A DNA stretch of 64,000 nucleotides from a bacterium (lineage in GTDB: Bacteria; Krumholzibacteriota; Krumholzibacteriia; LZORAL124-64-63), in assembly GCA_031441465.1 (NCBI GenBank), contig JANOEP010000008.1, positions 11,457 through 75,456 of the forward strand. The letters run 5' to 3'. Under the pieces are notes generated by a model. That model was not told where the DNA came from, did no database searches, and was given only the letters and a program-made list of their open reading frames with translations. Below, in pieces: positions 8,988 to 19,492 of this stretch (the first letter of the stretch is position 1; each line of letters starts with the position of its first letter). Both the position numbers and the translations under genes were made by a program.

Positions 8988-11078
8988 ATGTCCCTGACCG
9001 AGCGCTTCGGACCCGAGCGCGCCCTGCCGGCGTCGCTGACGCCGCTGTACGAGATCGCGCACAATCTCTGGTGGACCTGGGACGCCGAGGCGACCCGTCT
9101 GATGATCGAACTGGATCCCGTCCTCTGGAAGAGCGGCCGGCACAACCCCCTCGCGGTGATCGAGGCCCTCGACGCGGCCCGGGTGGCGGACCTGGCCGCC
9201 GACGCGGACTTCACCGCGCGGCTCGCGATCGTGCGGGACCGCCAGCGGGCCTACCTGGGCAGCGGCGAGCCGCCGATCGACCTGGATTTCGGCGGGCGCC
9301 TGATCGGCTATTTCTGCGCGGAGTTCGGCATCCACGAGTCCCTCCCCATCTACTCCGGCGGTTTGGGAATCCTCGCCGGCGACCACCTGAAGGCCGCCAG
9401 CGACCGCGACCTGCCTCTGGTCGCCGTCGGGCTGGCCTACCGCTACGGTTACTTCCACCAGGAAGTGGACCTCGCCGGGCGCCAGCACGAGGTCTACCTG
9501 CCGAACGACTTCGAGCGTCTGCCCCTGGCCCTGGTGCACGACAAGCACGGCGACCCCCTGACGCTTTCGCTGCCCTATCCCGGCCGCAAGGTGCAGGCCT
9601 GCGTCTGGAAGGTGAGCGTGGGGCGCATCCCCCTGTACCTTCTGGACACCGACGTGCCCGGCAACAACGCCGAGGACCGCAACATCACGGGGCACCTGTA
9701 CGGCGGCAACGAGGACACGCGGGTCCGCCAGGAGTTCCTGCTCGGCGTCGGCGGGCTGCGCGCCCTGCGCGCCATGGGCATCGCCCCCGCGGTCTGCCAC
9801 CTCAACGAGGGCCACTCCTCGTTCCTCTGCCTCGAGCAGCTGCGCCGGCACATCGTGGACGGGAGCCAGTCCTTCGACCGGGCCGTGGCGTCGGTGCGCG
9901 CGGGCTGCGTCTTCACGACCCACACGCCGGTGCCCGCCGGCAACGACAACTTCGAAGTCGCCCACGTCATGCAGTACCTGCGGCCCCTGGCCGCGAGCAT
10001 GGACGAGCCGGTCGAGAAGCTGATCGCCCTGGGGCTGACCGATCCGACCGACCCGCACGGGCGGTTCGAGATGACGGTGCTGGCCCTGCGCTTGACGCGC
10101 TTCGCCAACGGCGTCAGCGCCCTGCACGGCGAAGTGTCCCGCGGGATGTGGCAGCACCTCTGGCCCGACCGGACGGCCGCCCAGGTGCCCATCACGAGTG
10201 TGACCAACGGCGTGCACATGCCGTCCTGGACCGCGCCCGAGATCGAGGTCCTGCGGCGCGAGGCGGGCGCCGGCACCCCGGCGCCGGAGCTGCTCTGGCG
10301 GGTGCACGAGCACCTGCGGAGCGAGTTGATCGGCGGCGTGCGTCGGCGGTTGCAGCGCCAGCTGGAGCGCAACGGCGCGGCGGCGCAGGAGATCGCCGAC
10401 ATCGGCCGCGTCTTCGAGCCCCACACCCTGACCATCGGCTTCGCCCGCCGTTTCGCCGAGTACAAGCGGGCGACGCTGCTGATGAGCGACCCCGATCGCT
10501 TCGTGCGGCTGCTCGCGAACGCCGACCGACCCGTGCAGATGCTGATGGCCGGCAAGGCCCACCCGCGCAGCGAGCCCGGGAAGCTGCTCATCCAGCGTGT
10601 CTGGGAGCTGTCGCGCATCCCGGCGTTGCGCGGGCGGTTGGTGGTGCTGGAGGGGTACGACATCGCCTTGGCGCGGCGCATGGTGCAGGGCGCGGACATC
10701 TGGCTGAACACGCCACGCCGGCCGCTGGAGGCGAGCGGCACCTCGGGCATGAAGGCGGCCGCCAACGGCGCCCTGAACCTCTCGGTGCTCGACGGCTGGT
10801 GGTGCGAGGGTTACGACGGGCGCAACGGCTGGGCCTTCGGCGACGACCACGGCGTGGACGAAGCGACGCAGGACGCCCGCGACGCCGACGAGTTGTTCGA
10901 GCTGCTCGAGAAGGTCGTGGTGCCGATGTTCTACGACCGCGGGCCCGACGGCCTGCCCCGCGCCTGGATCCAGCGCATGCAGCACGCCATGACGTCGGTG
11001 ACCCCGCGATTCAGCACCGAGCGGATGGTCGACGAGTACGCCGGGCGCTTCTACCTGCCCTGCGCGATGGACGACTGA
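8988..11078 (+). CDS. glgP: Alpha-glucan phosphorylase (GT35)
   Basis: YSGGLGILAGD, HLNEGH, FARRFAEYKR, EASGTSGMK (PLP lysine). Confidence 0.95.
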   Translation: MSLTERFGPERALPASLTPLYEIAHNLWWTWDAEATRLMIELDPVLWKSGRHNPLAVIEALDAARVADLAADADFTARLAIVRDRQRAYLGSGEPPIDLDFGGRLIGYFCAEFGIHESLPIYSGGLGILAGDHLKAASDRDLPLVAVGLAYRYGYFHQEVDLAGRQHEVYLPNDFERLPLALVHDKHGDPLTLSLPYPGRKVQACVWKVSVGRIPLYLLDTDVPGNNAEDRNITGHLYGGNEDTRVRQEFLLGVGGLRALRAMGIAPAVCHLNEGHSSFLCLEQLRRHIVDGSQSFDRAVASVRAGCVFTTHTPVPAGNDNFEVAHVMQYLRPLAASMDEPVEKLIALGLTDPTDPHGRFEMTVLALRLTRFANGVSALHGEVSRGMWQHLWPDRTAAQVPITSVTNGVHMPSWTAPEIEVLRREAGAGTPAPELLWRVHEHLRSELIGGVRRRLQRQLERNGAAAQEIADIGRVFEPHTLTIGFARRFAEYKRATLLMSDPDRFVRLLANADRPVQMLMAGKAHPRSEPGKLLIQRVWELSRIPALRGRLVVLEGYDIALARRMVQGADIWLNTPRRPLEASGTSGMKAAANGALNLSVLDGWWCEGYDGRNGWAFGDDHGVDEATQDARDADELFELLEKVVVPMFYDRGPDGLPRAWIQRMQHAMTSVTPRFSTERMVDEYAGRFYLPCAMDD

Positions 11079-11099
11079 GACCGCGGGACCGCGAGCACG

Positions 11100-11456
11100 T
11101 CACTCGTCCCCGGGCGCCAGCCCGGGGACGATCGTTTTCAGATCGGCGACGTAGCGCGCGAACATCTCCCGCCCGCGCGGCGTCAGGCGGACCACGGTCC
11201 GCGGCTTCTTCCCCACGAATTCCTTGACGATCTCCACGGCGCCGCCCTGTTCGAGGGTGGCGAGGTGGACCGACAGCGTGCCGTCGGTCAAGCCGAGTCG
11301 GGCCCGCAGTTCAGTGAACGCGGTCGCGCCGGACCGCATCAGGTGGGACATGACGAGCAGGCGCACCCGGCCGTGGACCAGCGGGGCCAGGGGCGTTGGC
11401 GGCGCAGTGGGCGTGCCGTCACCGTCGGGCGACGGGGACGGCGGTTCGCGGCGCAC
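11100..11456 (-). CDS. Winged-helix transcriptional regulator (HTH_34 / ArsR-MarR-like)
   Basis: VHGRVRL, FTELRARLGLTDGTLSVHL, KEFVGKKPRT; GTG start 7 nt after AAGGAGG. Confidence 0.85.
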   Translation of the reverse strand: MRREPPSPSPDGDGTPTAPPTPLAPLVHGRVRLLVMSHLMRSGATAFTELRARLGLTDGTLSVHLATLEQGGAVEIVKEFVGKKPRTVVRLTPRGREMFARYVADLKTIVPGLAPGDE

Positions 11457-11718
11457 GCTGGGGCCTCCTTGCCTCCGTGGTCCGCCTCGCACGTCCGGGC
11501 CGTGCAGTTGTCAGGAGGACCGCGCCGGCATCCTGCCAGCACGGTCCTCCGAGAGGGTGCCGGTCGGGGATCCTTCCCCGCCCTGTGAACAGGGTCCGCG
11601 GCCTTCACCGGCGCTCCGTCCGGACCCGGCGGTCTCTCCCGCCATCGACCTGGCTGCCGACGTCGGCTTGGCCGACGGCGCCGACCGGTTTCCATCCTTG
11701 GATCCCAGCGGCGCAGTT

Positions 11719-11752
11719 ACTTTAATAATTCAAGTTCTTTGGTTATTCAAGT
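11719..11752. promoter_or_regulatory. Tandem 17-bp imperfect palindromes, candidate operator
   Basis: ACTTTAATAATTCAAGT followed directly by TCTTTGGTTATTCAAGT in an AT-rich patch between divergent genes. Confidence 0.6.
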
Positions 11753-11795
11753 AAAAGTTTCACCCGATCCCACTTTATTGCACCCGCAATTGGGT

Positions 11796-11824
11796 TTGAG
11801 TGGCGCAGGGGCGCCTTATATCTT
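11796..11824 (+). promoter_or_regulatory. Possible sigma70 promoter of rocD
   Basis: TTGAGT-N17-TATCTT. Confidence 0.4.
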
Positions 11825-11901
11825 GGGCACGACGCGGCCGTGCCGCTGTCCATACATGGCCCGCACAAGGGCGCGAACCCATCACATGCCTGGAGGCCGC
11901 G

Positions 11902-13098
11902 ATGAAGACCCGCAAGTACATCGAGCTGGAAGACAGCTACGGGGCGCACAACTACCATCCGTTGGATCTGGTGATCGCGCGGGCCGAGGGCGTCTGGGTG
12001 GAGGATGTGGAGGGGAAGCGCTACCTGGATTGCTTGGCCGCCTACAGCGCGGTGAATCAGGGCCACTGCCACCCGCGCCTGCTGAAGGTCTTCCGCCGCC
12101 AGGCCGCCCGCGTGACGCTCACCAGCCGCGCCTTCCGCAACGACCAGCTCCCCCACTTCACCCGCGAGCTGACCGAGTTGACGGGCTACGCGCGCGCGCT
12201 GCCGATGAACTCGGGCGCCGAGGCCGTCGAGACGGCGGTCAAGGCCGCCCGCAAGTGGGGCTACAAGGTCAAGGGCATCCCCGACAACCAGGCTGAGATC
12301 ATCGTCTGCGCCGACAATTTCCACGGCCGCACCACGACCATCGTCGGTTTCAGCACCGAACCCCAGTACCAGGACGGGTTCGGGCCGTTCACGCCCGGCT
12401 TCAAGATCGTCCCCTTCGGCGACGCGGCCGCGCTGGCCGCCGCGATCACGCCCAACACCTGCGCTTTCCTGGTGGAACCCATCCAGGGCGAGGCCGGCAT
12501 CGTGATACCGCCGCAGGGCTTCCTGAAAAAGGCCGCGGAGATCTGCCGCGCGAACAACGTGTTGCTGATCGTCGACGAGATCCAGAGCGGCCTGGGCCGC
12601 ACCGGCAAGATGTTCGCCCACGAGTGGGAGGGCGTGAAGCCCGACGGGCTGATCGTCGGCAAAGCCCTCAGCGGCGGCTTCTACCCCGTCAGCGCCTTCC
12701 TGGCGAACGACGAGGTCATGGGCGTCTTTCACCCCGGCGACCACGGCTCGACCTTCGGCGGCAACCCGCTCGGCTGCGCCGTCGCGCGCGAGGCGCTCAA
12801 GGTCATCGTCGAAGAGAAGCTCGTGGAGAACTCGCTCAAGCAGGGCGAGCACTTCATGGCCGAGCTGAAGAAGATCGACGCCAAGAGCATCAAGACCGTG
12901 CGCGGCGCGGGCCTGTGGATCGGCATCGTGCTGGACCGTCCCGCGCGCCCCTACTGCGAGGTGCTGATGACCGAGGGCCTGCTCTGCAAGGAGACCCACG
13001 AGAAGATCATCCGCATCGCGCCGCCCCTGACGATCACCCGCAAGGAAGTCAACTGGGCCGTCAAGCGCATCGCGAAGGTCTTCGAGCTGCTGGGCTGA
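11902..13098 (+). CDS. rocD: Ornithine--oxo-acid aminotransferase
   Basis: [56 protein letters not shown]. Confidence 0.95.
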   Translation: MKTRKYIELEDSYGAHNYHPLDLVIARAEGVWVEDVEGKRYLDCLAAYSAVNQGHCHPRLLKVFRRQAARVTLTSRAFRNDQLPHFTRELTELTGYARALPMNSGAEAVETAVKAARKWGYKVKGIPDNQAEIIVCADNFHGRTTTIVGFSTEPQYQDGFGPFTPGFKIVPFGDAAALAAAITPNTCAFLVEPIQGEAGIVIPPQGFLKKAAEICRANNVLLIVDEIQSGLGRTGKMFAHEWEGVKPDGLIVGKALSGGFYPVSAFLANDEVMGVFHPGDHGSTFGGNPLGCAVAREALKVIVEEKLVENSLKQGEHFMAELKKIDAKSIKTVRGAGLWIGIVLDRPARPYCEVLMTEGLLCKETHEKIIRIAPPLTITRKEVNWAVKRIAKVFELLG

Positions 13099-13119
13099 AC
13101 CGGCCACGGACGACACACC

Positions 13120-13151
13120 AGAACCCGGACCGGCGGCGGTCCGGGTTCTTT
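13120..13151 (+). terminator. Intrinsic terminator after rocD
   Basis: AGAACCCGGACCG / CGGTCCGGGTTCT inverted repeat ending in a short T run. Confidence 0.75.
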
Positions 13152-13168
13152 GCTGCGGTCCGGCCGCC

Positions 13169-13495
13169 CTACCGCGGTTCGGTGGTGCTGAACGTGTAGG
13201 AGTGGACCCGGTTCTGCTCGTCGAAGCGCACGATCAGGTCCTTGGTCTGGGTCTCGCCGAAGAGCTGGTAGCGGTAGCGGCCGTAGGTCCAGGTCGGCCG
13301 GCCGTCCTCGACGCCCGTGCGCCAGGGCTCGCCGAACAGCGTCCGCACCTGCTGCTGCGTGGTCTGGCCCATCCGGATCTCCGTGACCCCGGACGAAGGG
13401 AACTCGCGGCCGACGGTGGCGCAGCCGCCCGCGACGGCGGCGGCCACGGCGCCCACGATAGCCAGAAGGACGAGACGGCGGCGCGGGGTCTTCAT
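13169..13495 (-). CDS. SmpA/BamE-like outer-membrane lipoprotein
   Basis: Lipobox [25 protein letters not shown] and LIVRFD pattern. Confidence 0.8.
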   Translation of the reverse strand: MKTPRRRLVLLAIVGAVAAAVAGGCATVGREFPSSGVTEIRMGQTTQQQVRTLFGEPWRTGVEDGRPTWTYGRYRYQLFGETQTKDLIVRFDEQNRVHSYTFSTTEPR

Positions 13496-13995
13496 TCGAC
13501 GCCCTCCTTGAGCTGCTCGCGAATCTCGACCCGGGTCATGGCGTCGCCCTGCCGGACGGCGTCGACGACGTCGTGGCCGCGGACCACCGTGCCGAAGACC
13601 GTGTGACGGCCGTCGAGGTGGGACTGCGGGCAATGGGTGATGAAGAACTGGCTGCCGTTGGTGTCGGGGCCGGAGTTGGCCATCGAGAGCACCTTGGCGC
13701 CGTGGCGCAGCGGGTTGCCGCGACACTCGTCCCCGAAACGGTAGCCGGGGCCGCCGCGGCCGGTGCCGGTGGGATCGCCGCCCTGAATCATGAAGTCGTC
13801 GATGACGCGGTGGAACACCACGCCGTCGTAGAAGCCCTCGCGGGCCAGGAACACGAAGTTGTTGACCGTGCGCGGCGCGTGCTCGGCGTGCAGCTCCAGC
13901 TCGATCTCGCCGCGCTCGGTGGCGATGACGGCGTGGTAGATCTTGTCGGTGTCGATGCGCATCTCGGGCGGCGCGGGCCACTGCTTGTCGGACAT
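13492..13995 (-). CDS. Cyclophilin-type peptidyl-prolyl isomerase
   Basis: [41 protein letters not shown]. Confidence 0.95.
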   Translation of the reverse strand: MSDKQWPAPPEMRIDTDKIYHAVIATERGEIELELHAEHAPRTVNNFVFLAREGFYDGVVFHRVIDDFMIQGGDPTGTGRGGPGYRFGDECRGNPLRHGAKVLSMANSGPDTNGSQFFITHCPQSHLDGRHTVFGTVVRGHDVVDAVRQGDAMTRVEIREQLKEGVE

Positions 13996-14031
13996 GGGAC
14001 CTCCCGTTCGTTTCTGCGTGAGGGCGCGGGC

Positions 14032-14388
14032 TCAGGCCGCGAGGCGTTGGCGGAACACGAAGAAGACCGCGCCCAGGATGCAGAGCGCCGCCCACAGGTA
14101 GTCCCGGTGGAGCGGCTCCTTCATGTACAGGACCGAAAACGGCACGAAGACCATCAGGGTGACGGCCTCCTGCAGGATCTTGAGCTGCCCCAGGTTCAAC
14201 TCGGCGTGCCCGATGCGGTTGGCCGGCACCTGCAGCAGGTACTCGAACAGCGCGATCCCCCAGCTGACCAGCGCGGCGACGAGCCAGTGCCGGTGCGAAA
14301 GGTTCCGCAGGTGCGCGTACCAGGCGAAGGTCATGAAGACGTTGCTGCAGACCAGCAGCGCCGTCGTGACGGCGATGGTGCGGGGCAT
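14032..14388 (-). CDS. DMT superfamily small membrane protein (DMT_6/DUF486)
   Basis: SNVFMTFAWYAHL, SWGIALFEYLLQVPANRIG, QLKILQE. Confidence 0.9.
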   Translation of the reverse strand: MPRTIAVTTALLVCSNVFMTFAWYAHLRNLSHRHWLVAALVSWGIALFEYLLQVPANRIGHAELNLGQLKILQEAVTLMVFVPFSVLYMKEPLHRDYLWAALCILGAVFFVFRQRLAA

Positions 14389-14486
14389 GGCGCCGGGGCG
14401 TCCTTTCGGGGGCGGGTGCCCGCGCACGATAAGGGCGGGGGCGGGGGGCGTCAAGGTGGCGGGAAGCCGAAAACACGCCGGCCCCG

Positions 14487-14909
14487 TCAGCTCAGATGGA
14501 TGTTCCTCACCGCGAGCGCGAACCCGAACGCGACTGCAAGCAGCCCCAGGACCATCCCACCCACGAACCCCTTCCCCAGGGCGTTGCCGGTGGCCTGTTT
14601 CCGCACCTCGAGCCGGATGAGGCTCGACCTGTCGAGGATCCGCACCCGGTTGAAATCGCGGCCGAAGCCGTCCTGGCCGATCGCAAGCTCCGTCGGCGTC
14701 AGTCGGACGACCTTGCCGTCGACGATGTCGCCGTCGACGAGGTGAGCGCGGACCAGGGAACCGACTTGCAAGAGCAGCACGAGACGGGCTTCCGGCGGCG
14801 GCGGCGGGGAGGCAGGGGCTTCCTGCCAGACCGCCGGCATGTAGCCGGCGCACCCCGTCAGGAAGGACAGGCCTGCCCAGGCACAGATCCGCAATGCGCG
14901 CTGCTTCAT
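14487..14909 (-). CDS. Hypothetical lipoprotein with C-terminal hydrophobic helix
   Basis: MKQRALRICAWAGLSFLTGC lipobox; beta-rich core; Gly-rich TM tail. Confidence 0.55.
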   Translation of the reverse strand: MKQRALRICAWAGLSFLTGCAGYMPAVWQEAPASPPPPPEARLVLLLQVGSLVRAHLVDGDIVDGKVVRLTPTELAIGQDGFGRDFNRVRILDRSSLIRLEVRKQATGNALGKGFVGGMVLGLLAVAFGFALAVRNIHLS

Positions 14910-15100
14910 GGCGGAACCCCCGATCCCGATACGCATCCCCATGCCCGACCACGACGAGGTGCCGTGACGACGCGAGCGTAGCACGCGCTTCCCGCATCGC
15001 CAACAGAACAGGGCGACGACCGATCCGGCATGACCGCGCTCTGTGGCTGTGCTATGCTGCCTCCCTCTCGGGTCCATCGTCAGAGATCGGATGATCGCCC

Positions 15101-16507
15101 ATGTTCCGACGCGGTCGGCTTCGCACGGCGGACAGGCGCCCCGCACGCCGGACGGTCGTCCTGCTGCGGGTGGCCGCGGTCCTGGCCATCGCCGCCGGCG
15201 CCGCCGTCCTGGTTGGCGGTCGCGACTCCCTCCCCGTGCGCCTCGCCGACGCCGCCGCGCGCCGCCTGCACGCCCGGCCGCCCGAACACGACCTGCCGGG
15301 CCAGTGGTCCGTCATGGACGACCACGACGACGGCGCCGGCCACGCGCTGAGCCGGGTCCAGCGCGCCGCGGCCCGCAAGCTCCTGAGCCTCGGCTACGCG
15401 GCCGGCTCCCGTCCGCCGCCGGCGCACTCCGGGGTGACGGTACACGACCCCGCACACAGCGGCCACGAACTCATGTTCTTCGTGTCCGGCCACGCGCCGG
15501 AGGCGCTGCTGATCACGCGCGCGGGCGAAGTCCTGCACCGCTGGCGCTGCGACTACCGCGACGTGGCGGCCACCGATCCGGAAGCCTTCCTGCCGCCGGG
15601 CAGGAACAACGCCACGGGTTGCTGGCGGCGGGCCCACCTCGACGCCGACGGCAGCATCCTTGCGATCTTCGAAGGGCACGCCCTGGTCAAGCTGGACCGG
15701 GATTCCCGCCTGCTCTGGGCCTACCCCGGCCACTGCCACCACGACCTGCACGTGGACGACGACGGCCGCATCTGGGTGCTGACGCGCGAAGCGGAACTCG
15801 TGCCGCGGTTCGGCGACGACGAGCCCGCGCTGCTGGACTACTTCACGGTGCTGACGCCGCAAGGGAAGTTCGAGCGGCGGGTCTCGCTGCTCACGGCGCT
15901 CGAGTCCTCGCCCTACGCCCCGCTCCTGGACAAGGCGCCGGCCGGCGGCGACGTCTTCCACACCAACACGCTGGAGCGGCTGGACGGATCGCTCGCCGGC
16001 CTGTCGCCGATCTTCGGCCGGGGAAACATCCTGACCTCGATCCGCGAGCTGAACGCCCTCGCCATCCTCGACCCGCAGCGCGGGACGGTCGTCTGGGCCC
16101 TGAGCGGCCCGTGGGTCAAGCAGCACCAGCCGACACTGCTGCCGACGGGGCGCATCCTGCTGTTCGACAACCTGGGACGCCGCGGCCGCTCGCAGGTCCT
16201 CGAGGTGGACCCGCTCACGCAGGAGATCGTCTGGTCCTACGCCGACGGGACCGGCCACCGGCTCTACTCCGCGACCTGCGGCGCGGCCCAGCGGCTGCCC
16301 GGCGGCAACACGCTGATCGTCGAGTCGGACAACGGCCGCGCTCTGGAGGTGACACCGGACGGCGGGACCGTCTGGGAGTACCGCAACGTGTACCGGGCGG
16401 GCGAGCACGGGGAGCTGATCGCCGCCATCCTGGACATGGTGGCGTTGCCGGCTGATTTCCCGGTCAGGTGGCTCGGGGAGACGTCGCGCGCGGGTCCGGG
16501 GCGGTAG
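15101..16507 (+). CDS. Arylsulfotransferase-like (ASST) beta-propeller protein
   Basis: HHD, FHTNT, QHQP, LLFDN, AQRLPGGNTLI motifs; N-terminal membrane anchor. Confidence 0.8.
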   Translation: MFRRGRLRTADRRPARRTVVLLRVAAVLAIAAGAAVLVGGRDSLPVRLADAAARRLHARPPEHDLPGQWSVMDDHDDGAGHALSRVQRAAARKLLSLGYAAGSRPPPAHSGVTVHDPAHSGHELMFFVSGHAPEALLITRAGEVLHRWRCDYRDVAATDPEAFLPPGRNNATGCWRRAHLDADGSILAIFEGHALVKLDRDSRLLWAYPGHCHHDLHVDDDGRIWVLTREAELVPRFGDDEPALLDYFTVLTPQGKFERRVSLLTALESSPYAPLLDKAPAGGDVFHTNTLERLDGSLAGLSPIFGRGNILTSIRELNALAILDPQRGTVVWALSGPWVKQHQPTLLPTGRILLFDNLGRRGRSQVLEVDPLTQEIVWSYADGTGHRLYSATCGAAQRLPGGNTLIVESDNGRALEVTPDGGTVWEYRNVYRAGEHGELIAAILDMVALPADFPVRWLGETSRAGPGR

Positions 16508-16566
16508 GCTGCGCCCCCTTCGTCGCGGGCAGGGATATCGCGGCGCGGGCCGGCGGGCCAGATCCC

Positions 16567-16929
16567 TCATCCCTTCAGCCACGCGAGCGCAGCCTCGGAA
16601 TCGGTGAACAGCTTGACCTGGTTGCCGGCATTGACCGAAGCGGTCTCCAGGAAGTCGAAATCCTGCGTGATCTCGGCGACGACCAGGGCGCGCTTGATGC
16701 CGCCGGACACCCCGGCCTCCTTCACGATCCTGGGGATCGAGTAGAGATCGAGCGTCGAGGAGGTGACCTGCGCCTCGCGCAGGTCGTGCAGGAAGCGGTG
16801 GCACCCGTGTTTCCGGACGAGTTGCGCCAGATCGGTCGCCACGGCCTTCGCGACGGCGGCGTCCAGCTTCCCGTACAGCCGGCCCCTGATGATGTCCAGA
16901 TCCTCGTCATAGCTCAGCTCGAAGTTCAT
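16567..16929 (-). CDS. SpoIIAA/STAS-like hypothetical protein
   Basis: FLHDLRE, KRALVV, FLETASVNAG, LFTDSEAALAWL pattern; GGGAGG RBS. Confidence 0.7.
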   Translation of the reverse strand: MNFELSYDEDLDIIRGRLYGKLDAAVAKAVATDLAQLVRKHGCHRFLHDLREAQVTSSTLDLYSIPRIVKEAGVSGGIKRALVVAEITQDFDFLETASVNAGNQVKLFTDSEAALAWLKG

Positions 16930-17260
16930 AGCCGCCTCCCCTGGTAGCATCCCTCCGTGCTCAGGACCGACACGATGCGACGACGACGAGCAACCCTCCG
17001 ACGGCACCCGGAACGACGATATAGGCGATTGGCAGCAGGTAGTAAGAACACCCGTCCGCCTTGCGCCGCCAAGGCGACGAGGACGGAACCGGCGCCGCGA
17101 GTCAGGCACGTGGCCGCAGCCGACCAGGATCGCTCGCACATGTCAGCAGACCTCATCCGGGTGCGCCGGCGGAGCGGCTCCGCACCGGGCACCCTACTGA
17201 GGGCGATACGGGAGGATGGTCCCACAACGTCCAGACCCGGGCCAGAGATTTATCGGCCCG

Positions 17261-17776
17261 TCAGCCGCGGCGTCCTGTATCGGGGGAACGGGGCAACCCC
17301 GTCGCATCCGGCACGAACCTGCCGCCGCGCACCGTCGCGCCCAGCACGATGCCCGCGCTGATGAGCACCAGGTTCTTGATGATGTACTGGCCCTCGAGCG
17401 TGGGGGCGTAGGGGAAGCGGGTGAACGTCTCGCCCGGGAAGAGGACCAGCGGGGTCATCGCGCCCAGCATCTGCAGGAACAGCAGCAGCAGCGTCGCGCG
17501 CAGGTAGGCGCCGGTGAGCAGGCCCACTCCGATCAGGACCTCCCAGGCGGCGAGCACGACGATGGCGGTCCCGTGCGTCAGCAGGCCGAAGGTCAGGACG
17601 TCGATGGTCCGCACCGCGAGGTCCTGGGCGGGGCTGAGGCCCGGGAAGAACTTGAGCCCGCCGAACCACAGGAACACGATCCCGACGCTCATCCGCAGCA
17701 GGAGCAGGCCGTGCCTGGCCATCAGGGCCGTGATGCGGAGGTCCGCCTGGTCGAACCTCGCCCGGATCCTCATCAT
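17261..17776 (-). CDS. DoxX family membrane protein
   Basis: LRMSVGIVFLWFGGLKFFPGLSPA, PTLEGQYIIKN. Confidence 0.85.
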   Translation of the reverse strand: MMRIRARFDQADLRITALMARHGLLLLRMSVGIVFLWFGGLKFFPGLSPAQDLAVRTIDVLTFGLLTHGTAIVVLAAWEVLIGVGLLTGAYLRATLLLLFLQMLGAMTPLVLFPGETFTRFPYAPTLEGQYIIKNLVLISAGIVLGATVRGGRFVPDATGLPRSPDTGRRG

Positions 17777-17952
17777 GCCTGGTCCCTCCCCGCGATAGAG
17801 TGCCGACCGGGACGACGGCCCCGGCTCCGGATGTCAATCTAGACCCAACGGCGGCGCCTCGGCCAGACGCGGCCCGCCTCCTGGCCGCCCGCGGCCCGTC
17901 GTGCTTACTTGTGGCCTCGCCCGCCCCCGTCCCGAACCGATCGCGAGCCCCC

Positions 17953-19389
17953 ATGCCGTCCTTCCTTGCCCGCCTGCGCGCCGCCGGCAGCCGCGAACCC
18001 GGCGCCGCCAACCCCATCCTGGAGGGGCCGGTCGACAAGACCCTGCTGGGACTGAGCGTGCCGATGATCATGGCCATGGTCCTGGTCACGGCCTTCGGGC
18101 TGGTGGACATGCTCTACCTGGGGCGCTACTCGCGGGAGGCGATGGCGGCGGTGTCGCTGTCGTTCCCGATCGCCTACCTGATCCACTCGGTCGCCGGCGC
18201 ACTCGGCCAGGGGGCGACATCGCTGGTCTCGCGCCTGGTCGGCGGCGGCGACGAGCGGCAGTTGCGCAACCTCCTCTGGCACACCCTGATCGTGATCGGG
18301 ATCTTCGCCGCGATCATGACGCCGCTGGGATTATGGCTGGCGCCGGCGGCGCTGCGGCGCATGGGCGCCGAACCCGCCGTCACCGAAGGGGCGATCCTCT
18401 ACACGCAGGTGGCGTTCGCCGCCTCGGCGTTCTCGCTGTTGCCGATGGTGCTCAACTCGCTGTTCCGCGGCGAGGGCGACACGATCTTCCCGCTGAAGGT
18501 CATGGCCGTGGCGCTCGCGCTGAACGTCGTGCTGGACCCGCTGTTCATCTTCGGGCCGGGACCGTTCCCGGAGTGGGGCGTCGCCGGCGCGGCGGTCACC
18601 ACCGCCGCCAGCTTCCTGTTCGCCTCGCTGATGGTGCTGCGCGAGCTGCGCAATCCCCGCCGTCAGGTGCGTTACGACCGCGCCGCCTGGTCCTGGAGCC
18701 CCGCGCTGCTGCGCAGCTGGGCCAACGTCTCGGCGCCGGCGTTCGTGGCGAACCTGTCGATGCCGGTTTCGGCCTACCTGATCACCGACATGCTCACCGG
18801 CTACGGCACCGACGCGATCGCCGCCTTCGGCGCCGGCACGCGCCTGCTGAGCTTCGTGTTCCTGCCGACGCTCGGCATCTCGATGAGCATGATGATCATG
18901 GTCGGCCAGAACCACGGCGCCGGGCGCCACGACCGGGTGCGGGAGACGACCCTGCTGACGCTGCGCTACGCGCTGACCCTCATGGCGGTCCTGTCGCTGC
19001 CGGTGATCCTGTTCCCCGCCTGGTCCCTGCGGATCTTCACGGACGAACCGACGGTCATCGCCGCCGGTGTCGGGCTGGCCCGCTGGGTGACGCTGGCGCG
19101 ACCGATGCTCAGCATCGTGAACATCACGGCCTTCTGGTTCCACGCCCAGGGCAACGGGCTGATGGGCATGCTGCCGAATTTCGGCATGCGCGTGTTGCTG
19201 GAGCCGGCCGGCGTCTGGGTGGGGTTGAAGCTGGGCGCGCTGAGCGGCGGCTGGCTGGGGATGGCCGGAGCCGACCTGATCGGCGGCGTCCTGTGCCTGG
19301 CCTTGCTGTTCTGGCGGCTGGGCGCCTACATGCGCGACGCGCCCGCGCCGGTCCGGACGGCGGCGGCGCCCGGCGCTCTTCCCCGCTGA
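17953..19389 (+). CDS. MATE family efflux transporter
   Basis: About 12 TM helices; LFRGEGDT, LNVVLDPLFIFG, GVAGAA, VGQNHGAG. Confidence 0.92.
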   Translation: MPSFLARLRAAGSREPGAANPILEGPVDKTLLGLSVPMIMAMVLVTAFGLVDMLYLGRYSREAMAAVSLSFPIAYLIHSVAGALGQGATSLVSRLVGGGDERQLRNLLWHTLIVIGIFAAIMTPLGLWLAPAALRRMGAEPAVTEGAILYTQVAFAASAFSLLPMVLNSLFRGEGDTIFPLKVMAVALALNVVLDPLFIFGPGPFPEWGVAGAAVTTAASFLFASLMVLRELRNPRRQVRYDRAAWSWSPALLRSWANVSAPAFVANLSMPVSAYLITDMLTGYGTDAIAAFGAGTRLLSFVFLPTLGISMSMMIMVGQNHGAGRHDRVRETTLLTLRYALTLMAVLSLPVILFPAWSLRIFTDEPTVIAAGVGLARWVTLARPMLSIVNITAFWFHAQGNGLMGMLPNFGMRVLLEPAGVWVGLKLGALSGGWLGMAGADLIGGVLCLALLFWRLGAYMRDAPAPVRTAAAPGALPR

Positions 19390-19492
19390 ACCGGGCCGCC
19401 CCGCCCGTTGCGGCGTTGACGCCCCGGGACCCTCCCGCTACGATCCCCGTCCGTACCCGTCGCGTTCCGCTACCGCGCAGGAGGTGCCGCGC

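Noticed and set aside
11545..11645. Glycine riboswitch resemblance on the minus strand (GGAGAGA..CGCCG..GAAGG..CUCUC)
   Set aside because: The CCGAAG core is interrupted, CUCAGG is missing, and the downstream gene is unrelated to glycine
11719..11752. ArgR ARG boxes upstream of rocD
   Set aside because: Half-sites are separated by 1 nt rather than the 4 nt of TGAAT-N4-ATTCA
16930..17260. Small ORFs between the SpoIIAA-like gene and doxX
   Set aside because: No RBS, motif or convincing composition; treated as intergenic
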